Positions 1 to 8,642 are shown, numbered from the stretch's first letter. The stretch is 40,000 bases of DNA from Bacillus sp. V59.32b (GCF_003429085.1 NZ_QVTC01000003.1:19173-59172); one strand, 5' to 3'. Numbers and translations: made by a program. Notes: generated by a model not told the origin, from the sequence alone.

Positions 1-1010
1 GTCGCATGTATGAACGTTATCAGACAATCCGGCTACATCTGATGGGGAAATCTGTCCAGGAAATCGCCGCCATTCACAAGCGAACCAGTAAAACCATCGG
101 AAACTATATCCGTTCCTACCAAGAACATGGATTGGACGGCTTAACCATGAAGTTCTCAACCGGAAAGACACCAAGATTGACGACGGAACAGCAGGCGCAG
201 GTAAAGCAGACCATTATTGATTTCCAGCCCCATGAGTGCGGGTTCCCGGCCAAGTTCAATTGGACGCTGGAACTCATTAGTTTGTACATTCTGCGAGAGT
301 TTGGAACGTCCTATTCCATTCGTGGCGTGTCGAAAATGATGGAACGGCTTGACCTAAGTTACACGAAACCAACCTATACCCTGGCCGCAGCCGGTGAAGA
401 AAAGCAAAAAGAATTTGTCGAAACGACTTTCCCAGAGGTAAAAAAATACTACAAGGGTGAAATTGATCACATTTTGTTTGAAGATGAAAGCATGATCCGT
501 GATTACCAGGCCCTGCAGTATACCTGGTTTGCCAAAGGAAAACAAAGAATCATTAAGACGACCGGAAAACATCGTAGCGTCAAACTGTTAGCTGTGTTAG
601 ATTACGTCACTGGAGAAATCGTATGGCAGGAAGAAGAGCACTATACAGCGCTTGAGTTCCTATCTTTCCTTAAAAAAGTGACAGCAGCCTACCCGACTGG
701 AAACATTGTCATGATTCTGGACAACGCACGAATTCACCATGCAAAAATGCTTGAACCTTTCCACAAAGAATTGAGAGGCAGATTGAATTTGATCTTCCTG
801 CCTCCTTACAGCCCTGAACTCAATGTGGTCGAGGGGCTTTGGAAATGGTTGAAATCCGACATCATCCATAACGTTTTCTACCATACCACAGCTGAAATTC
901 GCAGAACGTCCAGGCTTTTATGAAGCATATAAATCCTATGACAGTCATTGACCGACTGTGTATAAGGATGGAATCAAGTGCAATTCAGGAAAATCTTTAG
1001 TTCAACTTAT
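1..1010 (+). mobile_element. IS630-family insertion sequence, right part (left end outside the window)
   Basis: The transposase reading frames fill 6-1000. The right boundary was not mapped precisely and lies between the alternate-frame stop at 1000 and about 1030. No inverted repeat could be checked because the left end is missing. Confidence 0.7.
6..923 (+). CDS. IS630-family DDE transposase, 3' end frameshifted
   Basis: 305-aa ORF with an N-terminal HTH-like region and the core motifs LFEDES, ILDNARIHH and PPYSPELNVVEGLW, typical of IS630/Tc1-like transposases. The family-typical C-terminus (NVQAFMKHINPMTVIDRLCIRM...) continues in another frame, 905-1000. This implies a 1-nt indel near 903-907. 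Confidence 0.85.
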   Translation: MYERYQTIRLHLMGKSVQEIAAIHKRTSKTIGNYIRSYQEHGLDGLTMKFSTGKTPRLTTEQQAQVKQTIIDFQPHECGFPAKFNWTLELISLYILREFGTSYSIRGVSKMMERLDLSYTKPTYTLAAAGEEKQKEFVETTFPEVKKYYKGEIDHILFEDESMIRDYQALQYTWFAKGKQRIIKTTGKHRSVKLLAVLDYVTGEIVWQEEEHYTALEFLSFLKKVTAAYPTGNIVMILDNARIHHAKMLEPFHKELRGRLNLIFLPPYSPELNVVEGLWKWLKSDIIHNVFYHTTAEIRRTSRLL

Positions 1011-1033
1011 ATAGCACATATCATAGACATATA

Positions 1034-1444
1034 TTGGGGATTATGGAGTTTATTTTTTATCCTTATTTGACTCGGCCCATAATTGAGCAAGAAATCCATG
1101 ATGGACGAAAAAGAATAGATATAAGTTTTGATAATTCTGCTGAAAAAGGCTTTTTTCATCAACTGTATATTGCTAAAGATATACCAAGTCAATATATATT
1201 CGTAGAATGTAAAAATTATGGTTCAGAAGTTGCCAACCCAGAATTAGATCAACTCTCAGGAAGGTTTTCACCAAATCGTGGAAAGTTTGGTTTAATGGTT
1301 TGTAGGACTATTGTAGATATGGAAAAGTTCATTGCAAGATGTGCAGATACATATCATAATTCAAGAGGAATGATTATTCCTTTAGTGGATGAGGATTTTA
1401 TTTACTTGCTAAATGAAATAAAAAAAGGAAATAGTAAAAGATGA
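1034..1444 (+). CDS. PD-(D/E)xK nuclease-fold protein, probably 5'-truncated by the IS630 insertion
   Basis: 136-aa ORF with a D...E-x-K pattern (RIDISFDN ... YIFVECKNY). It begins directly after the IS with a TTG start (ATG at 1043) and no convincing RBS. Confidence 0.45.
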   Translation: MGIMEFIFYPYLTRPIIEQEIHDGRKRIDISFDNSAEKGFFHQLYIAKDIPSQYIFVECKNYGSEVANPELDQLSGRFSPNRGKFGLMVCRTIVDMEKFIARCADTYHNSRGMIIPLVDEDFIYLLNEIKKGNSKR

Positions 1445-1807
1445 GTTATTAGCGGAAAGATTAAGAAAAATAATTTTAAGATAGTATATTATAATCTATT
1501 AACCATGAAATTTAATTTAAAATCATGTATATAGTTAGTTCACCATCGTTTCGGTATTAAATGCAATTTAAGTTCCTTTAATGAGGAGGTCTTAAAAAGT
1601 TGATGATACACGACCTTTTGAGACCCCCTACTCAATTTTATCAACCAAAATTTCAAAATGAATTCAAAATCACTAGCAAACTATGTCGATATATTTTTAT
1701 TGACCGATATGGTCAGACATACCCGATGAATGGAGATTAAAAATGCATTCTGATTTTTAAAACCTGAGTCCCACCAAAGAAGAGTTTGGACAAAGGTGAA
1801 TGGTAAT

Positions 1808-3733
1808 TTAATTATAGCTTTCTCTATCCTCAGCAATCCTATCTAATTGAACTTCGCTATTAAAATCAATTCGACTCTTAAAAAATCGTTCCGTATCCTT
1901 GTCCATAAAATGAACATAGCAGCCTTTCATTCCGCGGGTCATGAGAACACGGTAAGTATTTTTAACAAGGTCGATAAATTGCTCTTTAGATCTTTTGACG
2001 ACTGTATCGTAGGAATGTTCTTTATTTCCTTCCCATCGTTGTTCATCAAGGTTATAAACCAGGTCAGGGCCAATGATTACTCCTACATAATCAAATTCAA
2101 ATCCTTGTGCTGTGTATATGCAGCCTACTTGATTAATGCCGTTAGGGTCATATGCCCAAAGGTGTGCTTTGGGAATGCCGGGAGCAAGTCTTGGTGCATC
2201 ATGTCTAGCATTCCATGGCCTTTTAAAGTCTCCAATTATAACATCTTCTTCTAATGTTCCATCCCATTTTGGCTGTTTGGACCATGGCCAGCAAAAGCCA
2301 GCTGTTACTCTTGCATCGAAACCGTTATCTGCTTTGTGTTTAATTGCATCTTCTAAACCCTGTGGGGAGTTAAAGATTTTGAATTCAAAATCGTCTTTTG
2401 AATCCCAAATTACATTGGCAGTCCTTTTGATACCTAATGTATTGTTGATCCAGTTAATGAAACCATCGGAGCCGTTACAGCGGAATTGGGCGTCTAATTC
2501 TTCAATATACACCTCGCATCCATAATCTAATGCAAATTTATTAATATATCCAACTGTTCCTATTTCATCTGGCCTAACGGCCTGATTATCATCGATAAAA
2601 AACACAGATACTTTAGATGTTTTGATAATTTCTTCTATTTGGGGGGTGTTGGAGCGTTCTTCTTTTTTCATATACATATTATTGCTTGTTTTTCTGATTC
2701 TGTGGGCTTCGTCACATATTAAAATATCAATTTCATTTTTCTCAGTTTTTGTATAACTATTAAAATATTTAAATTGGACTGAACCTCTTTTTCCAATTAT
2801 TTTTCTAAGTGTTTCAGTAAACGCTTTAGAACCAGTAGCATAATGGGAGTTGTATCCTTCCAATGATAAATCAGCCAATAAATTTAGTGCGATTACTGAT
2901 TTTCCAGTTCCTGGCCCGCCTTTTATAATAACCACTCTTTTTCGTTTATCATGAAAACCATCCCGGGCAAAAGCAAAAACTTTATCATAGATAACTTTTT
3001 GATTATCAAGAAGAATATATTCATCCAATCCTTTTATAGTATTACCAACATGCTTCATTAGTTTTTTGCTAGGGCGATATTGACTTTCCTCTACTTTTTT
3101 TAAGATAGGAAGTCCGTCGCCTTTTGCCAATTTGGTCTGAAGAAAACTCTTTAATTTAGGAACATCATCAGCAGTGAAAACAGGGAATTGATTTAACAAA
3201 GCTGTGAATTTTGAATCAAATAAAACATCTTCAGCATCGTAAGAATAATTATGTAGATAGGAACAAGATGTTAATCTGATAGGTTTTTCTCCATCATAAA
3301 AAGCTGTATGGGTATCCTGCAAATAAAGCTGATACTGTCCAACTTGAGCTGATGGATGAAGGACATCTCTTAGTGCACCCCCAACCCATGTGACAACCTC
3401 ATTTTCACCGTTAGAATGATCGCATTTATCCCATTGCTTTAATTCTATAATGACTGCCTCATTCTCGCCGCTTTCGTTTTTTCCAGTAATCATGCAGTCT
3501 AATCGTTTTGAGGTCACCGGCAATTGGTATTCAAGTAAGATTCCGTGATCTGTCATACCGCTATATTGAAATACTTGAGACAGTGCTCGCAAGGAATTTC
3601 TCCAAGATGCCATTTCAGAATCTGATGGATAGTATCGGTAGTAGTCAAAAAAACTTTCTCTTAACTTAGAAGCAATTTGATTTTGGATTGAGTCTTCAAT
3701 AAACTGCTCGGATGTCCCTGAATAAAGTCTCAT
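1808..3733 (-). CDS. DUF2075-type (Schlafen-helicase-like) P-loop ATPase with an N-terminal PD-(D/E)xK-like nuclease module
   Basis: 641 aa. Walker A is GGPGTGKS (nt 2897-2920, minus strand) and Walker B is ILICDEAHR. The N-terminus has a KRLDCMITG...AVIIELKQW nuclease-like motif. The C-terminus has YTAQGFEFDYVGVIIG and YRVLMTRGMKGCYV, which I recognise as DUF2075 hallmarks. Confidence 0.8.
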   Translation of the reverse strand: MRLYSGTSEQFIEDSIQNQIASKLRESFFDYYRYYPSDSEMASWRNSLRALSQVFQYSGMTDHGILLEYQLPVTSKRLDCMITGKNESGENEAVIIELKQWDKCDHSNGENEVVTWVGGALRDVLHPSAQVGQYQLYLQDTHTAFYDGEKPIRLTSCSYLHNYSYDAEDVLFDSKFTALLNQFPVFTADDVPKLKSFLQTKLAKGDGLPILKKVEESQYRPSKKLMKHVGNTIKGLDEYILLDNQKVIYDKVFAFARDGFHDKRKRVVIIKGGPGTGKSVIALNLLADLSLEGYNSHYATGSKAFTETLRKIIGKRGSVQFKYFNSYTKTEKNEIDILICDEAHRIRKTSNNMYMKKEERSNTPQIEEIIKTSKVSVFFIDDNQAVRPDEIGTVGYINKFALDYGCEVYIEELDAQFRCNGSDGFINWINNTLGIKRTANVIWDSKDDFEFKIFNSPQGLEDAIKHKADNGFDARVTAGFCWPWSKQPKWDGTLEEDVIIGDFKRPWNARHDAPRLAPGIPKAHLWAYDPNGINQVGCIYTAQGFEFDYVGVIIGPDLVYNLDEQRWEGNKEHSYDTVVKRSKEQFIDLVKNTYRVLMTRGMKGCYVHFMDKDTERFFKSRIDFNSEVQLDRIAEDRESYN

Positions 3734-3748
3734 TTAAAATCCCTCTTT

Positions 3749-4078
3749 TTATAATTCTGTATATTTCTTTTTACTGCCATACGCTTTTTCAACCGGATAC
3801 TTTCTTGCATTCTTCTGCACTTTATCTAAAATAATTTCTTTTAGGTCTAATCCTAATTTATCTGACATCAATATGGCATAAATCACAACATCAGCTAATT
3901 CGTCTTTAATATTTTCCAAGTTGTCTTTTACAGCTTCTTCGTTATTCTTCCATTGGAAATTCTCTAACAGTTCGGATGCTTCTAAAGATAGAGATATAGC
4001 CAAATCTTTAGGGGTATGAAATTGTCCCCAATTTCTTTCATCCCGGAAATGAATAATTTCTTTTAATAATTCATTCAT
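3749..4078 (-). CDS. MazG-like nucleotide pyrophosphohydrolase (all-alpha NTP-PPase)
   Basis: 109 aa with the EASELLE...W and DELADVVIY acidic helix motifs typical of small MazG/dCTPase-like enzymes. It lies 15 nt upstream of the DUF2075 gene on the same strand. Confidence 0.8.
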   Translation of the reverse strand: MNELLKEIIHFRDERNWGQFHTPKDLAISLSLEASELLENFQWKNNEEAVKDNLENIKDELADVVIYAILMSDKLGLDLKEIILDKVQKNARKYPVEKAYGSKKKYTEL

Positions 4079-4516
4079 AAAAACCCTCTTTTACTAGCAA
4101 CTTAGATTTATAAATCAATTATACTATTAATTTAAATTAAATAACTAACATACAGGTACAGAAAAATTGTAGCGAGAGAGGTGAAAAGCTCAATTTACTT
4201 TTATACCTTTATATTTTCAAAGTAGATAAAAAGATATTAGGGTTTACTCATTTACTAGTAATCTTAACTTTCAAAAGCAGTAATAGTAAAAACAAAGAAC
4301 TGTTAAATAAAACATAGTTATTCTAAAACTAGTCGCTGTAAACCCATCATGAGTGGATGAGGTTGGGAGAGGTATCTAGTAAGAGAAGTTTTTGAGGTAA
4401 AATGCTTCTTGCAGCGATTGCTTTATTGATTTGACAAAGTTTACTCATATTTATTTGCCTCAAACTGAATCAAGCCTTGGCTGGAGATTGAATTATCTGT
4501 TATCACAAAATTCCTC

Positions 4517-4545
4517 TTACATAAAAACCCAATTTACGATACTAT
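4517..4545 (+). promoter_or_regulatory. Candidate sigma-A promoter for the Gly-rich/OGG/kinase-NDT/QueC-like operon
   Basis: TTACAT (4517-4522), a 17-nt spacer, then TACTAT (4540-4545). It sits about 30 nt upstream of the RBS GGGAGGGAG. This is a pattern match in AT-rich DNA only. Confidence 0.3.
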
Positions 4546-4577
4546 AGATGTAAATGCTAGGGAGGGAGTTTTCAAAT

Positions 4578-4931
4578 ATGGGAGGAAGCGGTTATTCAGG
4601 AGCAAATAATGGTGGGTCTGGTGGAGGATTAGTAAATAATTGCGGGGATACATTAATACTCCAGCTTATTGTAAATCAGAATCAGAGTAGTATATGGTTA
4701 AATACTTCCCTCCACGATGCTGTTTATATAAATCTTAATAAAAATTCTGTTTTACCTATTATTGAGGTTTTAAAGCAAGTAGACAATACGCTTGTTGGGG
4801 TTGCCCCACCAAGCTACGGTTGGGTCATCGATTGCATTGAGAACGGCTGGCAGTACCAAGGAATAATTATTAAAAAAGAAGGAAGTCAGTATAATCCACG
4901 AATAACAGTAAAATTAGAAGGTTTAAAATGA
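4578..4931 (+). CDS. Small protein of unknown function with a Gly-rich N-terminus (MGGSGYSGANNGGSGGG...)
   Basis: The ORF track starts at 4554, but ATG 4578 is preceded by the RBS GGGAGGGAG at good spacing. The stop is 1 nt before the next gene's ATG (4933). No family recognised. Confidence 0.6.
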   Translation: MGGSGYSGANNGGSGGGLVNNCGDTLILQLIVNQNQSSIWLNTSLHDAVYINLNKNSVLPIIEVLKQVDNTLVGVAPPSYGWVIDCIENGWQYQGIIIKKEGSQYNPRITVKLEGLK

Positions 4932-4932
4932 T

Positions 4933-5658
4933 ATGGGTGATATTAAAGCGAATATTATTTTAAAGGAATTATGGGATATATATGGTGATTCAATAGATCA
5001 AGAATATAATTTATTTCAAAAATCAAAAGAACAAGTACTTGATGAGTTCTTCTTTGTATTATTAGGTGGTTTCGGAATCAGTTTCGAATTAAATTTATCA
5101 GGTCTTCAAATTCTAAAGAATCAAAGTTTATTTAGAAGAGAGTATTATAAAAGTCCAGATAACCTAGTGGCAATTGAAGAGAAGATTAGAGAACAGTTTT
5201 TCAAGAAACAGTTTACTCCTGCTACGTCTAATGGACAGTTGAGAAAATATAGATATATCGAAACAAAGCCTAAAATAATTTCAGAAGCTGGTTATTGGCT
5301 CTGGAAGAGCTGTGAATGGGAATTATTTGAGGAACTACATAAGTTTAATGCATTTGAGGCAAGGCTATGGTTATGTACTTGCCCTGGAATTGGGATGAAA
5401 TCTGCAAGTTGGTTTTTGAGAAACACAGGTTTTAATGACGATTGTGCTGTATTTGATGTTCACATATTAAGATTTTTAGATTATCTAGGTTTTCATGTTC
5501 CAAAGCAATTAACAGAAAGAATGTACCTTAAATTAGAAGATGCATTACGAAACGTTTGTGACAGTGTTGGTGTGACCTTAGGTAAGATGGATTATTTGTT
5601 ATGGTTGTTGTCCAGAAATGGGTTTCTTAATCACGTTGAACGGGGTGAGGACATTTGA
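4933..5658 (+). CDS. Ogg2/AGOG-like HhH DNA glycosylase (8-oxoguanine glycosylase family, COG1059-like)
   Basis: 241 aa. The motif CPGIGMKSASWFLRNTGFNDDCAVFDVHILRFL (from nt 5386) matches the archaeal-type Ogg pattern GxGxK(E/S)AS.FLRN...(L/F)D.HI, including the catalytic Lys and Asp positions. Confidence 0.75.
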   Translation: MGDIKANIILKELWDIYGDSIDQEYNLFQKSKEQVLDEFFFVLLGGFGISFELNLSGLQILKNQSLFRREYYKSPDNLVAIEEKIREQFFKKQFTPATSNGQLRKYRYIETKPKIISEAGYWLWKSCEWELFEELHKFNAFEARLWLCTCPGIGMKSASWFLRNTGFNDDCAVFDVHILRFLDYLGFHVPKQLTERMYLKLEDALRNVCDSVGVTLGKMDYLLWLLSRNGFLNHVERGEDI

Positions 5659-6920
5659 GCCTTTCGATATATGGAGAGATTGGAATAGACATCTTACTAG
5701 ACAATGATTCTAGTATTTTTTATAGAACTGGTGGAGCGGGTTTATACGCAGCAATTGCAGCCGCAAAACAAGAAATGAAAGTAAACTTCTTAACTGTTTA
5801 CGGTCCTGAAATAGACAAATATAGCATGAGATTTTGGGAGACGATGGGTGTTTCAACACAACAGTCTTTATACTTAGAGAACTATAATGTTCCTCGTTAT
5901 TTAGTAACAGGCTACAAAGCATTTGAAAATAAGTATAGTACACCGATGACCGATGTAAAAATCGGAGTTGATTATAATCCTAGCATAGAAAAAGATTGTG
6001 AAGGTTTATTACTTTTTCCAATTGATCACACATTACCTGAATCTTTGTGTAAGCAAGCATTAGAAAGAAATATTCCAATATTTTTAGATCCTAAACCAAA
6101 TAATAAGTCAATTCAACAAGCCAAGACTATCTTAGAATATGTAACAGTACTCTTAGTTAATGAGGAAGAAGCTTTACTTTTATCTGAATCAACGGATATC
6201 GATGAAGCTATTAATAAATTAAACGTAATGGGACCTAAGTATATAATTTTAAAAAGAGGACACAAGGGCTGTACTTTGATTTACGATGAAAAAAGAATAG
6301 ATTTTCCTGCTTTCAAGAGTAATGTTGTTTGTACTCTTGGATCGGGTGATGTCTTTGGAGGAGCGTTTGCAGTAACGTTTTTGAGAACTAGAGATATAGA
6401 ATATAGTGTACAAATTGGGAATTGCGCTGCAGCTAATTTTATCGAAAGTGTATCTATTGAAACTGTAATTGATAAAGCAGGGGTGGAAAAAGATCTTTTC
6501 CTTCGTGAGAAGCTTATTACAGATGAAAAACTTCTTAAAAAAATTTATTTAGCTGGTCCCTTCTTCAGTAAACAAGAAATAAACTGGGTTAAACAGATTA
6601 CTGATAGACTAGAAAGTGCTCGATTTAGAGTTTTGTCTCCATCACGAGAGAATGGAATCATTAATAAAGATATGTCGTTAGAACAGCGAAGAAAGGTTTT
6701 TCAATCTGACATTGATCTTTTAAACGATGCTGATGTCGTGGTAGCTTTACTAGATCATGATGATCCCGGCACATGTTTTGAAATCGGGTATGCTTATGAA
6801 AAAGGAATTCCTGTATACGGTCTTAAAACTTCTCAAAATGATTTGAATAATATGGTTCGGTTTGGTTGCAAGGAATTATTAGACAATATTGAAGATCTTA
6901 TAGGGATATTATATGGCTGA
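5655..6920 (+). CDS. Fusion protein: PfkB-family sugar/nucleoside kinase (N) + nucleoside 2-deoxyribosyltransferase-like domain (C)
   Basis: 421 aa. The N-terminus has the GG motif (TGGAGLYAA) and the PfkB signature TLGSGDVFGGAF (nt 6333-6368). The C-terminal ~125 aa carry IYLAGPFFS (6546-6566) and DHDDPGTCFEIGYAYEKGIPVYGL, the NDT (PF05014-type) pattern. The TTG start overlaps the upstream stop (TTTGA), with RBS GGGGTGAGG. Confidence 0.8.
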   Translation: MSLSIYGEIGIDILLDNDSSIFYRTGGAGLYAAIAAAKQEMKVNFLTVYGPEIDKYSMRFWETMGVSTQQSLYLENYNVPRYLVTGYKAFENKYSTPMTDVKIGVDYNPSIEKDCEGLLLFPIDHTLPESLCKQALERNIPIFLDPKPNNKSIQQAKTILEYVTVLLVNEEEALLLSESTDIDEAINKLNVMGPKYIILKRGHKGCTLIYDEKRIDFPAFKSNVVCTLGSGDVFGGAFAVTFLRTRDIEYSVQIGNCAAANFIESVSIETVIDKAGVEKDLFLREKLITDEKLLKKIYLAGPFFSKQEINWVKQITDRLESARFRVLSPSRENGIINKDMSLEQRRKVFQSDIDLLNDADVVVALLDHDDPGTCFEIGYAYEKGIPVYGLKTSQNDLNNMVRFGCKELLDNIEDLIGILYG

Positions 6921-7554
6921 GAATAAAGTTGTCTTACTTTTTTCAGGTGGGATTGATTCAACTGTTTTGTATTATTGGCTTGTGGATGCAGATTATGATG
7001 TATTCCCTATTCATATAAATTATGGTCAAACAACTTATCCAGGTGAAGTAAAAGCTATAAAAGAAATAACTCATGGAAAATTCCCAAGAAAAACTTTTTT
7101 TGTTGAGGTGCCTAATCTAAGAAATATAGGTACAGGATCACTAGTTGGTGACTTACCACAATCTGATTACTCCCAAGATAACTGGATGAAAAGCGAATTC
7201 TTTCCAAATAGGAATATGATTCTAATATCTATCGCAGCTTCATACGCCTATAAAATGGACATAAATAAATTGGCTATTGGAGTAGTAGGAGAGAACTCTT
7301 ATAGTGATACAGGGGCTGCCTTTATCACTAGTATTGCCGCAACATTGTCTGAGTCTTTAAATTCATTTGAATTAATTACACCTTTCGTAGGTAAAAATCG
7401 CAACTTTGTGGTTGATGAATGCCGACGATTGAATGTCCCTCTAGAGAAAACATTTTCATGTAATTGTCTGAGGAATCGACATTGTTTATTGTGTAGCAGT
7501 TGCCTGGACAGACAACACTTATTGGAGAGATTGGGAAAGCAAAATGCGTTTTGA
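6913..7554 (+). CDS. QueC-like PP-loop ATPase (divergent paralog of 7-cyano-7-deazaguanine synthase)
   Basis: 213 aa. PP-loop is LLFSGGIDST (6943-6960). The C-terminal Cys cluster is SCNCLRNRHCLLCSSC, matching the QueC Zn site. It is clearly diverged from the canonical QueC at 35767. It overlaps the upstream gene by 8 nt. Confidence 0.8.
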   Translation: MAENKVVLLFSGGIDSTVLYYWLVDADYDVFPIHINYGQTTYPGEVKAIKEITHGKFPRKTFFVEVPNLRNIGTGSLVGDLPQSDYSQDNWMKSEFFPNRNMILISIAASYAYKMDINKLAIGVVGENSYSDTGAAFITSIAATLSESLNSFELITPFVGKNRNFVVDECRRLNVPLEKTFSCNCLRNRHCLLCSSCLDRQHLLERLGKQNAF

Positions 7555-8003
7555 ACTTACTTGAGATAATTATTTCAATTAAGTTTGGATAAACTAAGTG
7601 GTTTCTTAATCAAAAAGGAAAATTTTGTTGAGTTAGATGGAGAGGGGTCAGATGATGAAGACTTCTTTTCTTTATTTAGTTTTGGAAATCTACTAATCAA
7701 GCGGAGCATGTTTTTAAGGGTCATCTTTTTCTTTTGGACTTCTTACAAGGGAAGAAGTAGAAATGAAGCAAGCATAGTTATGAAACTGAGAAAAATAGTA
7801 CGTAAGATTTAGAGTTTGGAAGGTTCTTGAAGACGATTAGTAGAAGTTGCGTTTTAAATATAATATCAGTAAGCACCTCACTGAAATCCGTAATAGGGAA
7901 CCGTATAATTAATGATATGTTTGTTATTTATTCTAATTCTATATTGAGACCATTAGGCTATAATAGAATCAACTCATATGCAACATGGATTGTCAACACT
8001 AAA

Positions 8004-8353
8004 CTAGACAACTTTTTTAAGGTGTTCAAGTTTATACTCAATCGGGCTTAAATAACCCAGTGTCCCATGAATACGAATGTGATTAAACCAATGAACATAG
8101 TCGTGCAATTCTCTTGTTAGATCTTCCAATGTATCGAAATTCCGGCCCTTCACAAACTCTGTTTTGAGGATTTTGAATGTTGCTTCAGCTACGGCATTGT
8201 CGTTTGGTGGCTCTCATGAAATATTTCGATGATGTCGGAAGTGATGTCATCTTCGGATTTTCTTTCTTTCGCTTCATAATAATAAGTGCTTCTAGGCAAT
8301 TGAAGGACGTCGTACATTTCTGATATCGAGTATTTGTGCTGGTTGTTCCGCAT
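8004..8353 (-). pseudogene. IS3-family orfB remnant (N- and C-terminal pieces joined, catalytic core deleted)
   Basis: The minus-strand translation MRNNQHKYSISEMYDVLQLPRSTYYYEAKERK...IIEIFHESH joins directly (about 8205-8215) to ...NDNAVAEATFKILKTEFVKGRNFDTLEDLTRELHDYVHWFNHIRIHGTLGYLSPIEYKLEHLKKVV*. Confidence 0.7.
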
Positions 8354-8358
8354 CACAT

Positions 8359-8642
8359 TTACTTTCGTCCTAGTATCAGCGCAGCTTGCTTTAAAATATC
8401 ATTCTCCATTTGTAACTGTTTGAGTTCCTTACGGAGCTTTACCAATTCTGTTTCTTCCGGTGTTCGGTTATCGGCTTCTTTGAATGAACCGGAGGCATTA
8501 TGTTGAGAGATCCACTTATCCAGAGAAGATGTGTTAGATCGTACTCACGAATAATATCCTTTCTTGGCTTCCCATTCTGATACAGCTGCACCATTTGATT
8601 TTTAAATTCTTCTGAAAACGTTCTTCGTTCTCTTTTAGTCAT
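8359..8642 (-). pseudogene. IS3-family orfA (HTH + leucine zipper), frameshifted
   Basis: MTKRERRTFSEEFKNQMVQLYQNGKPRKDIIREYDLT, then a frame change near 8528-8535. It continues as SSLDKWISQHNASGSFKEADNRTPEETELVKLRKELKQLQMENDILKQAALILGRK*. Confidence 0.7.

Noticed and set aside
1847-2525. Plus-strand ORFs 1847-2254 and 2136-2525, inside the minus-strand DUF2075 gene.
   Set aside because: They are antisense shadow ORFs of a well-supported 641-aa gene. They have odd compositions and no RBS.
4340-4441. A minus-strand 33-codon ORF (MSKLCQINKAIAARSILPQKLLLLDTSPNLIHS) in the divergent intergenic region.
   Set aside because: It is short, ends abruptly and has no recognisable family. It may be a gene fragment, but the evidence is insufficient.
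7585-8051. ORFs 7585-7812 and 7827-8051, in the gap after the QueC paralog.
   Set aside because: No RBS, implausible sequences, and alternative start codons. 7827-8051 overlaps the C-terminal IS3 orfB remnant on the other strand. They look like non-coding debris.
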